Positions 33,646 through 42,843 of a stretch of DNA of 64,000 nt are shown piece after piece. Under the pieces are notes generated by a model, which was given only the letters and a program-made list of their open reading frames with translations, searched no databases and was not told the DNA's origin. Origin of the DNA: Candidatus Limnocylindrales bacterium (GTDB lineage: Bacteria; Chloroflexota; Limnocylindria; Limnocylindrales; CSP1-4); contig DATBFJ010000101.1 of the NCBI GenBank assembly GCA_036558545.1, positions 364 to 64,363 of the forward strand, in the 5' to 3' direction. The position numbers were made by a program, and so were the translations under genes. Positions within the stretch are counted from its first letter, which is position 1; each line of letters opens with the position of its first letter.

Positions 33646-34767
33646 TCAACGGTTTGGAGTCAGCTCCTCGCGCATTTGCAGCTGACGCATCACGTCTCCG
33701 CGCGTGAGCATGCCGACCAGCTTGCCGCTGTCCAGGACTGGCAGCTGCTCGAGGTCGTGCTCCGCGAGAAGCTCGACCGCATCGAGGGCGCGGCTATCCG
33801 CCGTGACTGTGTAGAGGTGCTCGAAGCCACTCATGATCTCGGCGACGGCAGTGCCCGGACGCTTGTCCAGTGGCACACGCATCACGTCGCTGACCGTGAC
33901 GATGCCGACAAGCCTGGTGTTGTCCGTGACCGGAACGGCACGCAGGTTGCGCGGCAGCATGTGGGTCTCGACCAGCTCTTCGACGCTGATTCCGGGCGGC
34001 ACGGTAACGTCGACCGGTCGCGCGACATCGCGCACCTGGACCTTGCCGAGCCGCGTCTCGAGGACCATCTGCTGAACGCTCTGCGACGCGGCGCTGTGCA
34101 GAAAGTAGGCGATGGCGCCGAGCCAAACGCCATTGACGATGTCGCCCTGGACGACCAGAAGGATGCCGACCGCGAACATCAGCCAGGCCACGACCTTGCT
34201 CACGTTGGCCGCCCAGTCGGTTGCGCGTCGAATGCTCCGCGTCGTGCCCCACAGGATCGAGCGCAGCACGCGACCACCGTCCAGTGGGAAGCCCGGGATC
34301 AGGTTGAAGATGCCCAGGCTGGCGTTGATGATGAACAGGTAGCTCGCCACGGCCGCTACGCGTTCCTCCTCGACGACGGTGGCAATGCCAAACGAGATCG
34401 CCGCGAGAATGAAGCTCGTGATCGGACCAACGACCGCGACGAGGAACTCCGTGGAGGGCGACTTTGGCTCACCGGTCAGATTCGAGACGCCGCCAAAGAT
34501 GAACAACGTGATCGATCGAGCGTCAAGGCCACGTGCCCTGGCGACGAACGAGTGAGCGAGCTCGTGGATCAGGACTGACGCGAACAGCAGCAACGTCGTA
34601 ACCACGCCGAGGATCCAGTACTCGACCTGCGGCCGCCGACCCAGCTCGGCCGGGAACTGGTAGACGCTCAGCGACCATGTCAGCAGCGCGAAGATGATCA
34701 GCCAGCTGTAGTGGACGCCGACCTCGATGCCACGGATCGTGAACAGCTTGATTGAGTTGCCGAGCAC
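33646..34767 (-). CDS. M50 site-2 protease family metalloprotease with CBS pair
   Basis: HELAHSFVA zinc motif, multi-TM, and a C-terminal tandem CBS (...RLVGIVTVSDVM...KLVGMLTRGDVM). Start set at GTG 34767 (uncertain). The upstream part of the track ORF is antisense to rpiB. Confidence 0.8.
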   Translation of the reverse strand: MLGNSIKLFTIRGIEVGVHYSWLIIFALLTWSLSVYQFPAELGRRPQVEYWILGVVTTLLLFASVLIHELAHSFVARARGLDARSITLFIFGGVSNLTGEPKSPSTEFLVAVVGPITSFILAAISFGIATVVEEERVAAVASYLFIINASLGIFNLIPGFPLDGGRVLRSILWGTTRSIRRATDWAANVSKVVAWLMFAVGILLVVQGDIVNGVWLGAIAYFLHSAASQSVQQMVLETRLGKVQVRDVARPVDVTVPPGISVEELVETHMLPRNLRAVPVTDNTRLVGIVTVSDVMRVPLDKRPGTAVAEIMSGFEHLYTVTADSRALDAVELLAEHDLEQLPVLDSGKLVGMLTRGDVMRQLQMREELTPNR

Positions 34768-34800
34768 TCCGCCGACGATAGCCGATGCTACGGTTTGGCC

Positions 34801-35250
34801 ATGCGCGTCGCCCTTGCCACCGACCACGCGGGCTTTCCGCTCAAGGCACCGATTGCCGACTGGCTGGCCATGAATGGCCACGAAGTGGTCGACTTTGGGG
34901 TCGATACCGACGCAGTTCCGGTCGACTATCCCGACTACATCGCGCCGGCCGCGCGAGCGGTCGCCGCAGGTGAGTGCGAGCGCGGCATAGTGCTCGGCGG
35001 CAGCGGCACGGGCGAAGCCATAGTGGCGAACAAGATCCACGGCATCCGCTGCGTCGAGGCGGCCGATCCGGTGACAGCGCGACTCGGCCGCGAGCACAAC
35101 GACGCGAACGTGCTGGCGATGGGCGCCAGGATCATCGGCCGCGAGGTATGCCTTGGCTGTCTCGACGCGTTCATGAACGGCGAGTTCCAGGGTGGCCGCC
35201 ACATTCCGCGGATCGCCAAGGTCATGGCGCTCGAGGAGTCACGGAGCTGA
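34801..35250 (+). CDS. rpiB: ribose-5-phosphate isomerase B
   Basis: MRVALATDHAGFPLK...GIVLGGSGTGEAIVANK...GARIIG. Confidence 0.9.
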   Translation: MRVALATDHAGFPLKAPIADWLAMNGHEVVDFGVDTDAVPVDYPDYIAPAARAVAAGECERGIVLGGSGTGEAIVANKIHGIRCVEAADPVTARLGREHNDANVLAMGARIIGREVCLGCLDAFMNGEFQGGRHIPRIAKVMALEESRS

Positions 35251-36109
35251 CGTAGAGGTCGTGCAGCGCCAGGGCCTGCGCGACGGTCGAGGCGGCGCCC
35301 CAGTGCCGGGTCAGTCGACGAGTCTCCTCTTCGGACGGCATCCCCGCGCCGTACAGCCGGCCGACTGCCTTCCTGACCCCGAGGTCACCCGCAACGACGC
35401 GCGGTCGGCCGAGCGTCCGCGACAGGAACCACTCGGCACTCCAGCGGCCGATACCGGGCAACCGTGTCAGGTGACTGATCAGCGTCTCGTCTTCCATCCG
35501 TTCCAGGTCGTCGATCCGGAGCTCGCGGGCAGTCGCGGCGCGCGCGGTCGCGATGACCGCGCGCGCCTTGGCGTTGGTCAGCTGCAGCGCGCGCAGGTCC
35601 TCGACGCGCGCTGACGCCAGCGCCTCCGGATCGAGGACGTCGACGAACTGGCGGCCAATCTCCAGGCGGTGCCCGTAATGCAGCGCGAGGCGCTGACGAA
35701 TTCGGCTGGCGAACGCCAGGTTGATCTGCTGCGCGCTGATCGACCTGACAAGTGCGTGGAAGGGATCCGGGATCAGAACCGGTACGAGACCGGGGTACAG
35801 CGTCACGAGTCGTTCGATGGCGCCATCGTGCTGCGCAAGCTCCGCCAGCGGCAGCGTCTCCGTCACGAATGTCGCCGCTATCAATTCGCCGACCGCCGCC
35901 GGCGTACCGGCGGCAAGTCGGGCATCCAGTCGCATGGTCGGTGCGGGCGGGATCTCGATCGAGTAAGGCAGCAGCGGTTGGTCGGCCGTCAGCCTGATCG
36001 TCCGGACCAACGTCCGTCCGTCGAAACGGTCGAGCTGGTCGTCCCCCCAGCGGCCCAGCGGCGCGACGCTGGCGCGGGCATCGATGGGCCGCGAAAGCAC
36101 GATCTCCAC
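35222..36109 (-). CDS. DNA-3-methyladenine glycosylase II (AlkA/HhH-GPD family)
   Basis: HhH-GPD: LTRLPGIGRWSAEWFLSRTLGRPRVVAGDLGVRKAV. Confidence 0.8.
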   Translation of the reverse strand: MEIVLSRPIDARASVAPLGRWGDDQLDRFDGRTLVRTIRLTADQPLLPYSIEIPPAPTMRLDARLAAGTPAAVGELIAATFVTETLPLAELAQHDGAIERLVTLYPGLVPVLIPDPFHALVRSISAQQINLAFASRIRQRLALHYGHRLEIGRQFVDVLDPEALASARVEDLRALQLTNAKARAVIATARAATARELRIDDLERMEDETLISHLTRLPGIGRWSAEWFLSRTLGRPRVVAGDLGVRKAVGRLYGAGMPSEEETRRLTRHWGAASTVAQALALHDLYVSSVTPRAP

Positions 36110-36163
36110 GACATAAGAATGAGCCGGGCTTCTCGCCCGGCCGGATTTCTGCGCTGAGTTCGT

Positions 36164-36400
36164 CTAGTAGCCGTTGCCCGGCTGGTTATTGGCGGGCGGC
36201 TGCTGTTGCTGGATTTGAGTCTGGTTCGTGTCGGTGCCGTTGTTCGGCGTGCCGTTGTTTCCGCTGTTCATTCCACCGAGGAAGAAGAACCAGATGATGG
36301 CGAGCACGACAACGATCGCCAGGATGATGCCCAGGATCGTACCGACGCCGGTTCCCTCCCGTTCGACGATGACATCGTCGTGGTTTTCTTCGTACGTCAT
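36164..36400 (-). CDS. small single-TM protein with N/Q-rich tail
   Basis: GTILGIILAIVVVLAIIWFFFLGG TM followed by NSGNNGTPNNGTDTNQTQIQQQQPPANNQPGNGY. Confidence 0.5.
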   Translation of the reverse strand: MTYEENHDDVIVEREGTGVGTILGIILAIVVVLAIIWFFFLGGMNSGNNGTPNNGTDTNQTQIQQQQPPANNQPGNGY

Positions 36401-36471
36401 TCAAGGTCCTCCGTATTCGTTACACGGCTCACGGAATCGGTGGCTAGTCTCCGAAGAATGGGGTTTCACCC

Positions 36472-38145
36472 GTGACAGAAACGGCAAGCGGACCCACTCA
36501 CAAAGTCGTTTCAGCGAACGCATCGGTGGTGCGCGAGACGTGGTGGCAGTCTGGCGCGCTCTACCAGGTCTACCCACGCTCTTTCCAGGACAGCAACCGG
36601 GACGGGGTGGGAGACCTTCAGGGCATTCGCAGCCGCATCGACTATCTCAGCTGGCTGGGCGTTGACGCGGTCTGGCTGTCGCCCATCTTTCGGTCGCCGA
36701 TGGCGGACTTTGGCTATGACGTTGCCGATTACCGAGATATCGATCCAATCTTCGGCACGTTGGCGGACCTCGACCAGCTCATCGCCGCGCTCCACGCCCG
36801 GGGCATGAAGCTGATCATGGACCTCGTTCCCAACCACACCTCGAGCGAGCACGCGTGGTTCCTCGATTCGCGCTCGTCGAGGGCCGCGGAGCATCGCGAT
36901 TGGTACATCTGGCGCGACGCCCGGCCGGACGGCTCGCCGCCCAACGCCTGGATTGCCGCATTCGGCGGAAGCGCGTGGGAGTGGGACGAGCACACCGGCC
37001 AGTACTACTTCCATTCGTTCCTCAGGGAGCAGCCCGACCTCAATTGGGCCAACCCGGAAGTGAGTGCCGAGATGCATGACGTCATGCGCTTCTGGTTCGG
37101 CCGCGGGGTCGACGGCTTCCGCATCGATGTCGTCAACCTGCTCTCGAAGCGCTTCGAGCTAATTCGACTGCCTGACACGATTCCAATCGATCAATCGTTG
37201 TTCGAAGGCTCGGATCGGGCGCACGGATTCCTGACCAGACAACGCTGGGCGGCGACTTCGCGCATCTACTCGATCGTCCGCCAGCTTCGTGCCGTGGCCG
37301 ACGAGTTTGACGAGCGAGTGCTCATCGGCGAGCTGTGGATGCCGATTCCCAGGCTGGTCAAGTTCTACGGCCGGAGTCTCGACGGCCTGCAGCTGCCGTT
37401 CAACTTCCAGCTCATCACGATCCCCTGGCGTCCGGCCGCGGTGCATCGCGCGATCGCCGAATACGAAAAGCGGCTGGCGCCCGGCGCGTGGCCGAACTGG
37501 GTGTTGGGCAACCACGACAAGCCGCGCATCGCGACGCGCATCGGCCGGGAACAGGCAAGGGTCGCGGCTCTTCTCCTGCTGACGCTGCGTGGAACGCCGA
37601 CCCTCTACTACGGCGACGAGCTCGGAATGATCGACGTCCAGGTCCCGCCTGATGCGCAGCGCGATCCGCAGGGACTGCGCGGTGGCGAGAGCCGCGATCC
37701 TGAGCGAACTCCCATGCGCTGGGACAACAGTGGTCACGCAGGATTCAGCGAGGTTGGGCCGTGGCTGCCGATAGGCGATGACGTTGCTCTAGTCAACGTC
37801 AGCTCCGAACATGAAGATCCAGCTTCAACCCTGTGTCTCTACGAGCGCCTGCTGGCGCTGCGCAGCGCGGAGCCTGCCCTGCGCACTGGCGCGTGGCGCG
37901 ACCTTGGCCACACCAAGGAGGCAATCGCGTACCTGCGTTCGGACGGCAAGAAGCGATTCCTGATCGTCGCCAATCTGACTTCGTCGCCGGCGGCAAGTCC
38001 TCTTGAGGCCAGCGAGTACAGGGGTCGCGTCGTCATATCGACCACTGACTCGGTCGCCGGGACGCAATTCGACCCCGATGCTGGTCTCGAACCTAACCAA
38101 GCGCTGGTGGTCGTTTGCACCAAAGGTCCCCGGATGCGAACCTAG
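36472..38145 (+). CDS. GH13 alpha-glucosidase / oligo-1,6-glucosidase-like enzyme
   Basis: WWQSGALYQVYPRSFQDSNRDGVGDLQGI...DLVPNHTSSEHAWF...GFRIDVVN. GTG start. Confidence 0.9.
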   Translation: MTETASGPTHKVVSANASVVRETWWQSGALYQVYPRSFQDSNRDGVGDLQGIRSRIDYLSWLGVDAVWLSPIFRSPMADFGYDVADYRDIDPIFGTLADLDQLIAALHARGMKLIMDLVPNHTSSEHAWFLDSRSSRAAEHRDWYIWRDARPDGSPPNAWIAAFGGSAWEWDEHTGQYYFHSFLREQPDLNWANPEVSAEMHDVMRFWFGRGVDGFRIDVVNLLSKRFELIRLPDTIPIDQSLFEGSDRAHGFLTRQRWAATSRIYSIVRQLRAVADEFDERVLIGELWMPIPRLVKFYGRSLDGLQLPFNFQLITIPWRPAAVHRAIAEYEKRLAPGAWPNWVLGNHDKPRIATRIGREQARVAALLLLTLRGTPTLYYGDELGMIDVQVPPDAQRDPQGLRGGESRDPERTPMRWDNSGHAGFSEVGPWLPIGDDVALVNVSSEHEDPASTLCLYERLLALRSAEPALRTGAWRDLGHTKEAIAYLRSDGKKRFLIVANLTSSPAASPLEASEYRGRVVISTTDSVAGTQFDPDAGLEPNQALVVVCTKGPRMRT

Positions 38146-38155
38146 CAGCTCTCGA

Positions 38156-38231
38156 GCGGGAGTAACTCAGTTGGCAGAGTGACGGCCTTCCAAGCCGTAT
38201 GTCGCGGGTTCGAACCCCGTCTCCCGCTCCA
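38156..38231 (+). tRNA. tRNA-Gly (anticodon UCC), CCA encoded
   Basis: Manual cloverleaf: acceptor GCGGGAG/CTCCCGC, D stem ACTC/GAGT, anticodon stem ACGGC/GCCGT with loop CTTCCAA, T arm GCGGG-TTCGAAC-CCCGT, discriminator T, then CCA. Confidence 0.85.
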
Positions 38232-38406
38232 TTTCGCCCGGATCGCTGTGCCGCGTGGGAGACGCGCTGCAACGCAGTCGCAAGAACCCAGGTCGCCGCT
38301 GGGGTGGGTTACCCCTCATTGTGGTGTCAGATTCGAAAAGTCGAGTCGAGCCGACCTCAGGCAGGTCTGACCGGCCCCTTGGGGGGACGGTTCGGCTCGG
38401 CGTCTG

Positions 38407-39276
38407 TCACGAGCTGCTGCCGAGCGCCTGGTCGATGAGCGATTTCGCCGCGTTGATCGGAATGGCGAAGCCGATGCCCTCTGCGCTGCGCGTTACGGCC
38501 GTGTTCATGCCCACGACATTTCCGGCCAGGTCGATCAGTGGCCCACCACTGTTGCCGGGATTGATCGCCGCGTCGGTCTGGATGAGGCCGCTGAGGTTCT
38601 TCTGTCCGCGGCCAGACTCGTCCGAGACGGTGATGCTTCGGTCAAGCGCGGAGACGATGCCACGCGTCACCGTTTCGGTGAATTCACCCAATGGGCTGCC
38701 GATCGCAAGCACCGACTGGCCAACCTGGATCTGGCTCGAGTCCGCCAGGACGGCGCTCGCCAGGTCGCTCCCGGATGCGCGAATGAGCGCGATGTCACTG
38801 CGCTGATCGGTATTGACGACCGTCGCAGGCAGCTCGACGCCGTCTGCCGTGGTCACGGTCAGTGATTGGGCACCCTCGACCACGTGGTTGTTGGTGAGGA
38901 TCAGGTCATTCGCACCCACGACGATGCCCGACCCAACTCCGGTCGCAGGAATGTTGAACGGGTTGAAGCCGCTGTCCGAGATGCCCTGGGCCGTGATCGT
39001 GACCACGGACTCCTTCGCTTTGGCGACGACACTGGCGATATCCCCGGCCCTGGTGCTGACCGCCGGCGCCGCCGGTCCATTCGCATTGCTGATCGGTCGA
39101 TCGCCCTGCTGCGACCCCATTCCCAGGCCCACGATCAATCCAAAGGTGACGACCGACGCCAGGACTGCCGAGAGCACAGCGACGCCGAGCATCGACCTCA
39201 TTGATGGACGAGCTGGCGTGGGAACAACAGGTGTGCTCGCCACGGGCTGCGTGTAAGGCGCAAATGGGTCGTGCAT
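38407..39276 (-). CDS. membrane-anchored S1C (HtrA/DegP-like) trypsin-type serine protease without PDZ domain
   Basis: His LTNNHVV, Asp SDIALI, Ser GNSGGPL. A single N-terminal TM. Start ATG 39276. The protein ends right after the protease domain. Confidence 0.85.
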   Translation of the reverse strand: MHDPFAPYTQPVASTPVVPTPARPSMRSMLGVAVLSAVLASVVTFGLIVGLGMGSQQGDRPISNANGPAAPAVSTRAGDIASVVAKAKESVVTITAQGISDSGFNPFNIPATGVGSGIVVGANDLILTNNHVVEGAQSLTVTTADGVELPATVVNTDQRSDIALIRASGSDLASAVLADSSQIQVGQSVLAIGSPLGEFTETVTRGIVSALDRSITVSDESGRGQKNLSGLIQTDAAINPGNSGGPLIDLAGNVVGMNTAVTRSAEGIGFAIPINAAKSLIDQALGSSS

Positions 39277-39290
39277 CTGCCTGTAGCGGG

Positions 39291-40631
39291 TCAGGGCACC
39301 AGCTGATCGGGCGGGATCAGCCAGCCATTGATTGTCGACTTGACGTCGGTTCCCTCGTCGTTGGCATCCTCCTCGTCCTCGGTGAAGATCACGAGACCCC
39401 CTGGGCCAAGCGCCGAGGCGCCGTACTGGTTGAAGGAACCCCCGAAATCGCCGAGTGACCGCCATGAATTGCCGTCTGCGGAGAGCCAAAGCCGACCGGT
39501 CTGATAGGTCATGTCGTCCTGGTCCGTCGTCGAGCCAACCGCGACGTACGCGCTGTCATTCGAGTGGACCTCGTTCATAAGAGCGTTCTCGAATGAACCG
39601 TCCGCGGCGCTCGTTTGAGCCCACGACGTTCCATCCGACGAAAACATCGTCAGCGCGACGGAGGGCGACGTGTCGCCTTCTGCATAGCCGACCCCGACAA
39701 CGCCGCCTGGGCCGGATGAGACGCTCGCCACCAGGGCGCCGGTGACCGACGGCGCGGTTGCGTTCGAGTAATGAATTCCGTCGGTCGAGGACGCAGCCAC
39801 GAGCTGTGTGTCCTCGATGCTGTCGACGAACTGCGAGCCGAAGGCGACAAGTCCGGGACCGCCGGCGCCCATCGAATCGACGGGATCAAGCTGGCCGATC
39901 CCCGTTGACGGTGTCCATGTCAAGCCGTCCGAGCTCGTCCAGACAGTCGTGGTGCCGTTGTCGTCGGCCGCGGCTCCCCACGCTACGAGCGTAGTGCCCC
40001 AAGCAGTCACCCCGTCGAACTCAGCCTGGAGAATGCTCGAAGGTTGCGCGAGCTGCTGCCACGCGCCGCCGTTAGTCGACTTGAAGATGACCAGGCCGGC
40101 ATTCGGATCTTGGGTGCACTCGTCGTCCAGAATGTCCGAGCACGTTTCGAACTGGCCGAACATGTAGACGTCGCTACCAACGGCGACGACGTAGCTCGGC
40201 GAAACATCGAGGAACGCAGGATCCACCTGTTGCTGCCAGGTCGAGCCGTCAGATGACGTCCACGTGATCCCCTGGTGCAGTCCGAAATAGCCCTGGTCCG
40301 TTCCGGCGAAGCCGATGGCCATGTAGCCACTCGGTGTGACTGCTACCCCGGTGACTTCGTATGCCGAGCCCTGGGGAAAGCTCGCCATCGGCGTCGCGAT
40401 TCCTGCCGGCTGCGGCGTGCCCGGTGCGCCCGCTACTTGGGTGGCCTCGGCGCCTGGCGGGCTCTCCTGCGGCTGGTTGGTTCCCCCGGGCCGCTGCGCA
40501 GGGGGCGGCAGAGTCGGGTGAATGGCATTCGCGCTGGGACCGCAGCCAAGGATTGCGAGACTGAGCACGGCGCCCAGGAACACGCGCAGACGCAGAGACA
40601 CGGCTATCACCCGCCTATGGTCGCCGAACAT
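39291..40631 (-). CDS. lipoprotein with six BNR/Asp-box repeats (beta-propeller candidate)
   Basis: Lipobox LAILGC. Repeats are SSDGSTW, STNGGAW, SSDGLTW, STDGIHY, SSDGTSW and SADGNSW. Confidence 0.75.
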   Translation of the reverse strand: MFGDHRRVIAVSLRLRVFLGAVLSLAILGCGPSANAIHPTLPPPAQRPGGTNQPQESPPGAEATQVAGAPGTPQPAGIATPMASFPQGSAYEVTGVAVTPSGYMAIGFAGTDQGYFGLHQGITWTSSDGSTWQQQVDPAFLDVSPSYVVAVGSDVYMFGQFETCSDILDDECTQDPNAGLVIFKSTNGGAWQQLAQPSSILQAEFDGVTAWGTTLVAWGAAADDNGTTTVWTSSDGLTWTPSTGIGQLDPVDSMGAGGPGLVAFGSQFVDSIEDTQLVAASSTDGIHYSNATAPSVTGALVASVSSGPGGVVGVGYAEGDTSPSVALTMFSSDGTSWAQTSAADGSFENALMNEVHSNDSAYVAVGSTTDQDDMTYQTGRLWLSADGNSWRSLGDFGGSFNQYGASALGPGGLVIFTEDEEDANDEGTDVKSTINGWLIPPDQLVP

Positions 40632-40642
40632 CGACTCTGGCG

Positions 40643-41803
40643 TCAGCGCAGTCGCTGGATCTCTTGCGCGGCACCGATCAGGTCGTCCTCGTCGGGACCG
40701 CGCAGGACGTACGCGTGATCACCCATGGCTGCCGCAAACATGCGGTCCATGCGCGCCTCGAGAATGACGAGGTCACCGAAGCGGTCCATCACTTCGTGGT
40801 GACTCAGCGTGTAGGGCCGGTCATCGCGACGCATGACGTAGAGGCACGCGAACGGCCGTGTTATGACCGCCTCGAACTGGCCACGCACGACCACGTTGGC
40901 CCACTCCTGGTAGAAGTCGAAGTCGTTGGCGAAATTCATCATGTCGACCGACAGGCCTCCCGCTGGCCGCATGTTTATCTCGAGCGCAACCAGGCGGCCG
41001 TCGTTCAGCCGGAACATCTCGAAATGGAACGGCCTCTCGCGCACGTCGAAAGCACGCGCCATGGCGCGGCCCACGGTCCGCACGTCGTCCGCGATCTCAC
41101 GCGGGATCCAGTAGTACAGGTCGACCTGGTCGTTGACCGACTCCATGACTCCGGCCGAGTAGATGAACGACGAGTCGAAGACGATCTCGCCTTGCCGGCC
41201 GGCGAGGCCGTCGTAGGTCACGATCTGGCCCTCGACGAACTCCTCGACGATGTAGTCGACATCCGGCTTGTCGTGCACGTAGCGCGGGATATCGGCATCG
41301 CTCCGGAGCTTGTACGTCTGGGCGGCACCGACTCCCACGTCGGGCTTGGCCACCACCGGGTAGCCAACCTCGTCGATCCACTGGCGCAATGACTTCTCGG
41401 TGCGGCACACGCGGCCGCGCGCAACAGGGATGCCGGCCGCCAGGAATCGTCGCTTCATCAGCGACTTGCGCTTGACCGCGGCAATCGTTCGATCGTCGAG
41501 GCCCCGGATGTTGAAGTCCGTGCGTAGCCGAGCCTCTGTCTCGAGCCAGTGCTCATTGAGCGAGTCGATCCGATCAATCAGGCCGCGCCTGCTGATGAAG
41601 TAGCCCATCGCCCGAACAAGCTGATCGTGATTGCCAAGATCATCGACCTGGTAGAAGTCGTCGAGCGCGTCACGCAGATCCGGCCGCAGCGTCTCTCTGG
41701 GTTGGTCGCAGATGCCCATCGTCGTCGCGCCCGCGTTGCGCAGGCCGACGACAAAGCGGAACCAGTTGGGCGGAAAGTGGGGCGACAGGAAGACGACGTT
41801 CAT
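40643..41803 (-). CDS. ATP-grasp domain protein
   Basis: GYPVVAKPDVGVGA, IVEEFVEG, HFEMFRL...LVALEINMRPAG. Confidence 0.85.
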   Translation of the reverse strand: MNVVFLSPHFPPNWFRFVVGLRNAGATTMGICDQPRETLRPDLRDALDDFYQVDDLGNHDQLVRAMGYFISRRGLIDRIDSLNEHWLETEARLRTDFNIRGLDDRTIAAVKRKSLMKRRFLAAGIPVARGRVCRTEKSLRQWIDEVGYPVVAKPDVGVGAAQTYKLRSDADIPRYVHDKPDVDYIVEEFVEGQIVTYDGLAGRQGEIVFDSSFIYSAGVMESVNDQVDLYYWIPREIADDVRTVGRAMARAFDVRERPFHFEMFRLNDGRLVALEINMRPAGGLSVDMMNFANDFDFYQEWANVVVRGQFEAVITRPFACLYVMRRDDRPYTLSHHEVMDRFGDLVILEARMDRMFAAAMGDHAYVLRGPDEDDLIGAAQEIQRLR

Positions 41804-42786
41804 GTCCGTCCGGGCAGCATCAGCAAATCAGTCTCGATGGCACGACCGTCGGCGGCGAGCAGCCGCGCTGCCCATGCCGGTTGGAACCTGAGCCGGTTCG
41901 TGAGCGCGCACCAGCCCAGGTCGACCATTACCTCGTAGCTATCCGCGAGCAGGTCGGCGAGCTCGTCGAGGTGCGCGCGATCGCCCATCGCGCTGGCGTA
42001 CTCGATGACGAGGGGCACCCCGGCGGCAAGCAGCAATCGCGCGCCCTGCAGTACCTCGAGCTCGTGGCCCTGAACATCGATCCAGGCAAGGCCCAGATCG
42101 TCCAGCGGAATGTGCCCGCCGGCGACCTCGCCATCGAACGTCAGAGCCGGAACCTCGACACAGTCACCGTTTCCCGTCCGGTCGTCGACGATCCTGTTGT
42201 CGCCTGCGTTGTTGCTGCCCAGTTGAAGCGTGAGCGTGCCTGGTGAAGATGACAGAGCCGCGTTGATGGCATTGACCTTGTCGCCCAGGCCGTTGCGCTC
42301 GATGTTGCGCTGCAGGAGCTCGAAGCTGGTCGGGTCGGGCTCGTAGCCGATTGCGCTGCCGAAGCCGTGCTCGGAAACGGCCGGCAGCGAGTAGACGCCG
42401 AAGTTCGAGCCGATCTCGAGGAACGTCCTGCCGCGGTACGGCTGGCCATAGGCCTCGAGCGCGTCGTACACGACTCCGACCATCAGCGGATCCCAATCGC
42501 CCGAGGAGTACACAGACCTCGCGATCGTTCCGTCCGAGGTAGAGACGAGAACGCGCAAGCCGGCCATGTCGACTTCGACCGTCGGCTGTCTGGCGCGCAG
42601 GTCGAAGAACGCGGCCGTCTTGAGGCCGTAGCCGACGAGTGGACGGCGATGCCGGAACGACCGCTGGTTGCGCAGCCACGCGTACGCGATGCGCGCGCCT
42701 GCCTCGGCCATTGGGTGAAGCCGAACGCGTGACCGCTGCTGGTCGTAGGCAATGCTCACGCGACGGGCGCTGGTTTTGTCACTCAA
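41800..42786 (-). CDS. FkbM-family methyltransferase
   Basis: FLEIGSNFGVYSL...IGYEPDP...IDVQGHELEVLQG pattern. 4-nt overlap with the ATP-grasp gene. Confidence 0.8.
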   Translation of the reverse strand: MSDKTSARRVSIAYDQQRSRVRLHPMAEAGARIAYAWLRNQRSFRHRRPLVGYGLKTAAFFDLRARQPTVEVDMAGLRVLVSTSDGTIARSVYSSGDWDPLMVGVVYDALEAYGQPYRGRTFLEIGSNFGVYSLPAVSEHGFGSAIGYEPDPTSFELLQRNIERNGLGDKVNAINAALSSSPGTLTLQLGSNNAGDNRIVDDRTGNGDCVEVPALTFDGEVAGGHIPLDDLGLAWIDVQGHELEVLQGARLLLAAGVPLVIEYASAMGDRAHLDELADLLADSYEVMVDLGWCALTNRLRFQPAWAARLLAADGRAIETDLLMLPGRT

Positions 42787-42843
42787 GGCGCGGCCGAGTC
42801 TACCCGGGCAATCTCAGCGTCCTGTGCTAATCAATAGGGAGAC

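Noticed and set aside
38232-38406. Possible integration hotspot downstream of tRNA-Gly
   Set aside because: No integrase, no direct repeat of the tRNA 3' end (only a chance TTCGAA at about 38332) and no obvious compositional break. The flanking genes are ordinary.
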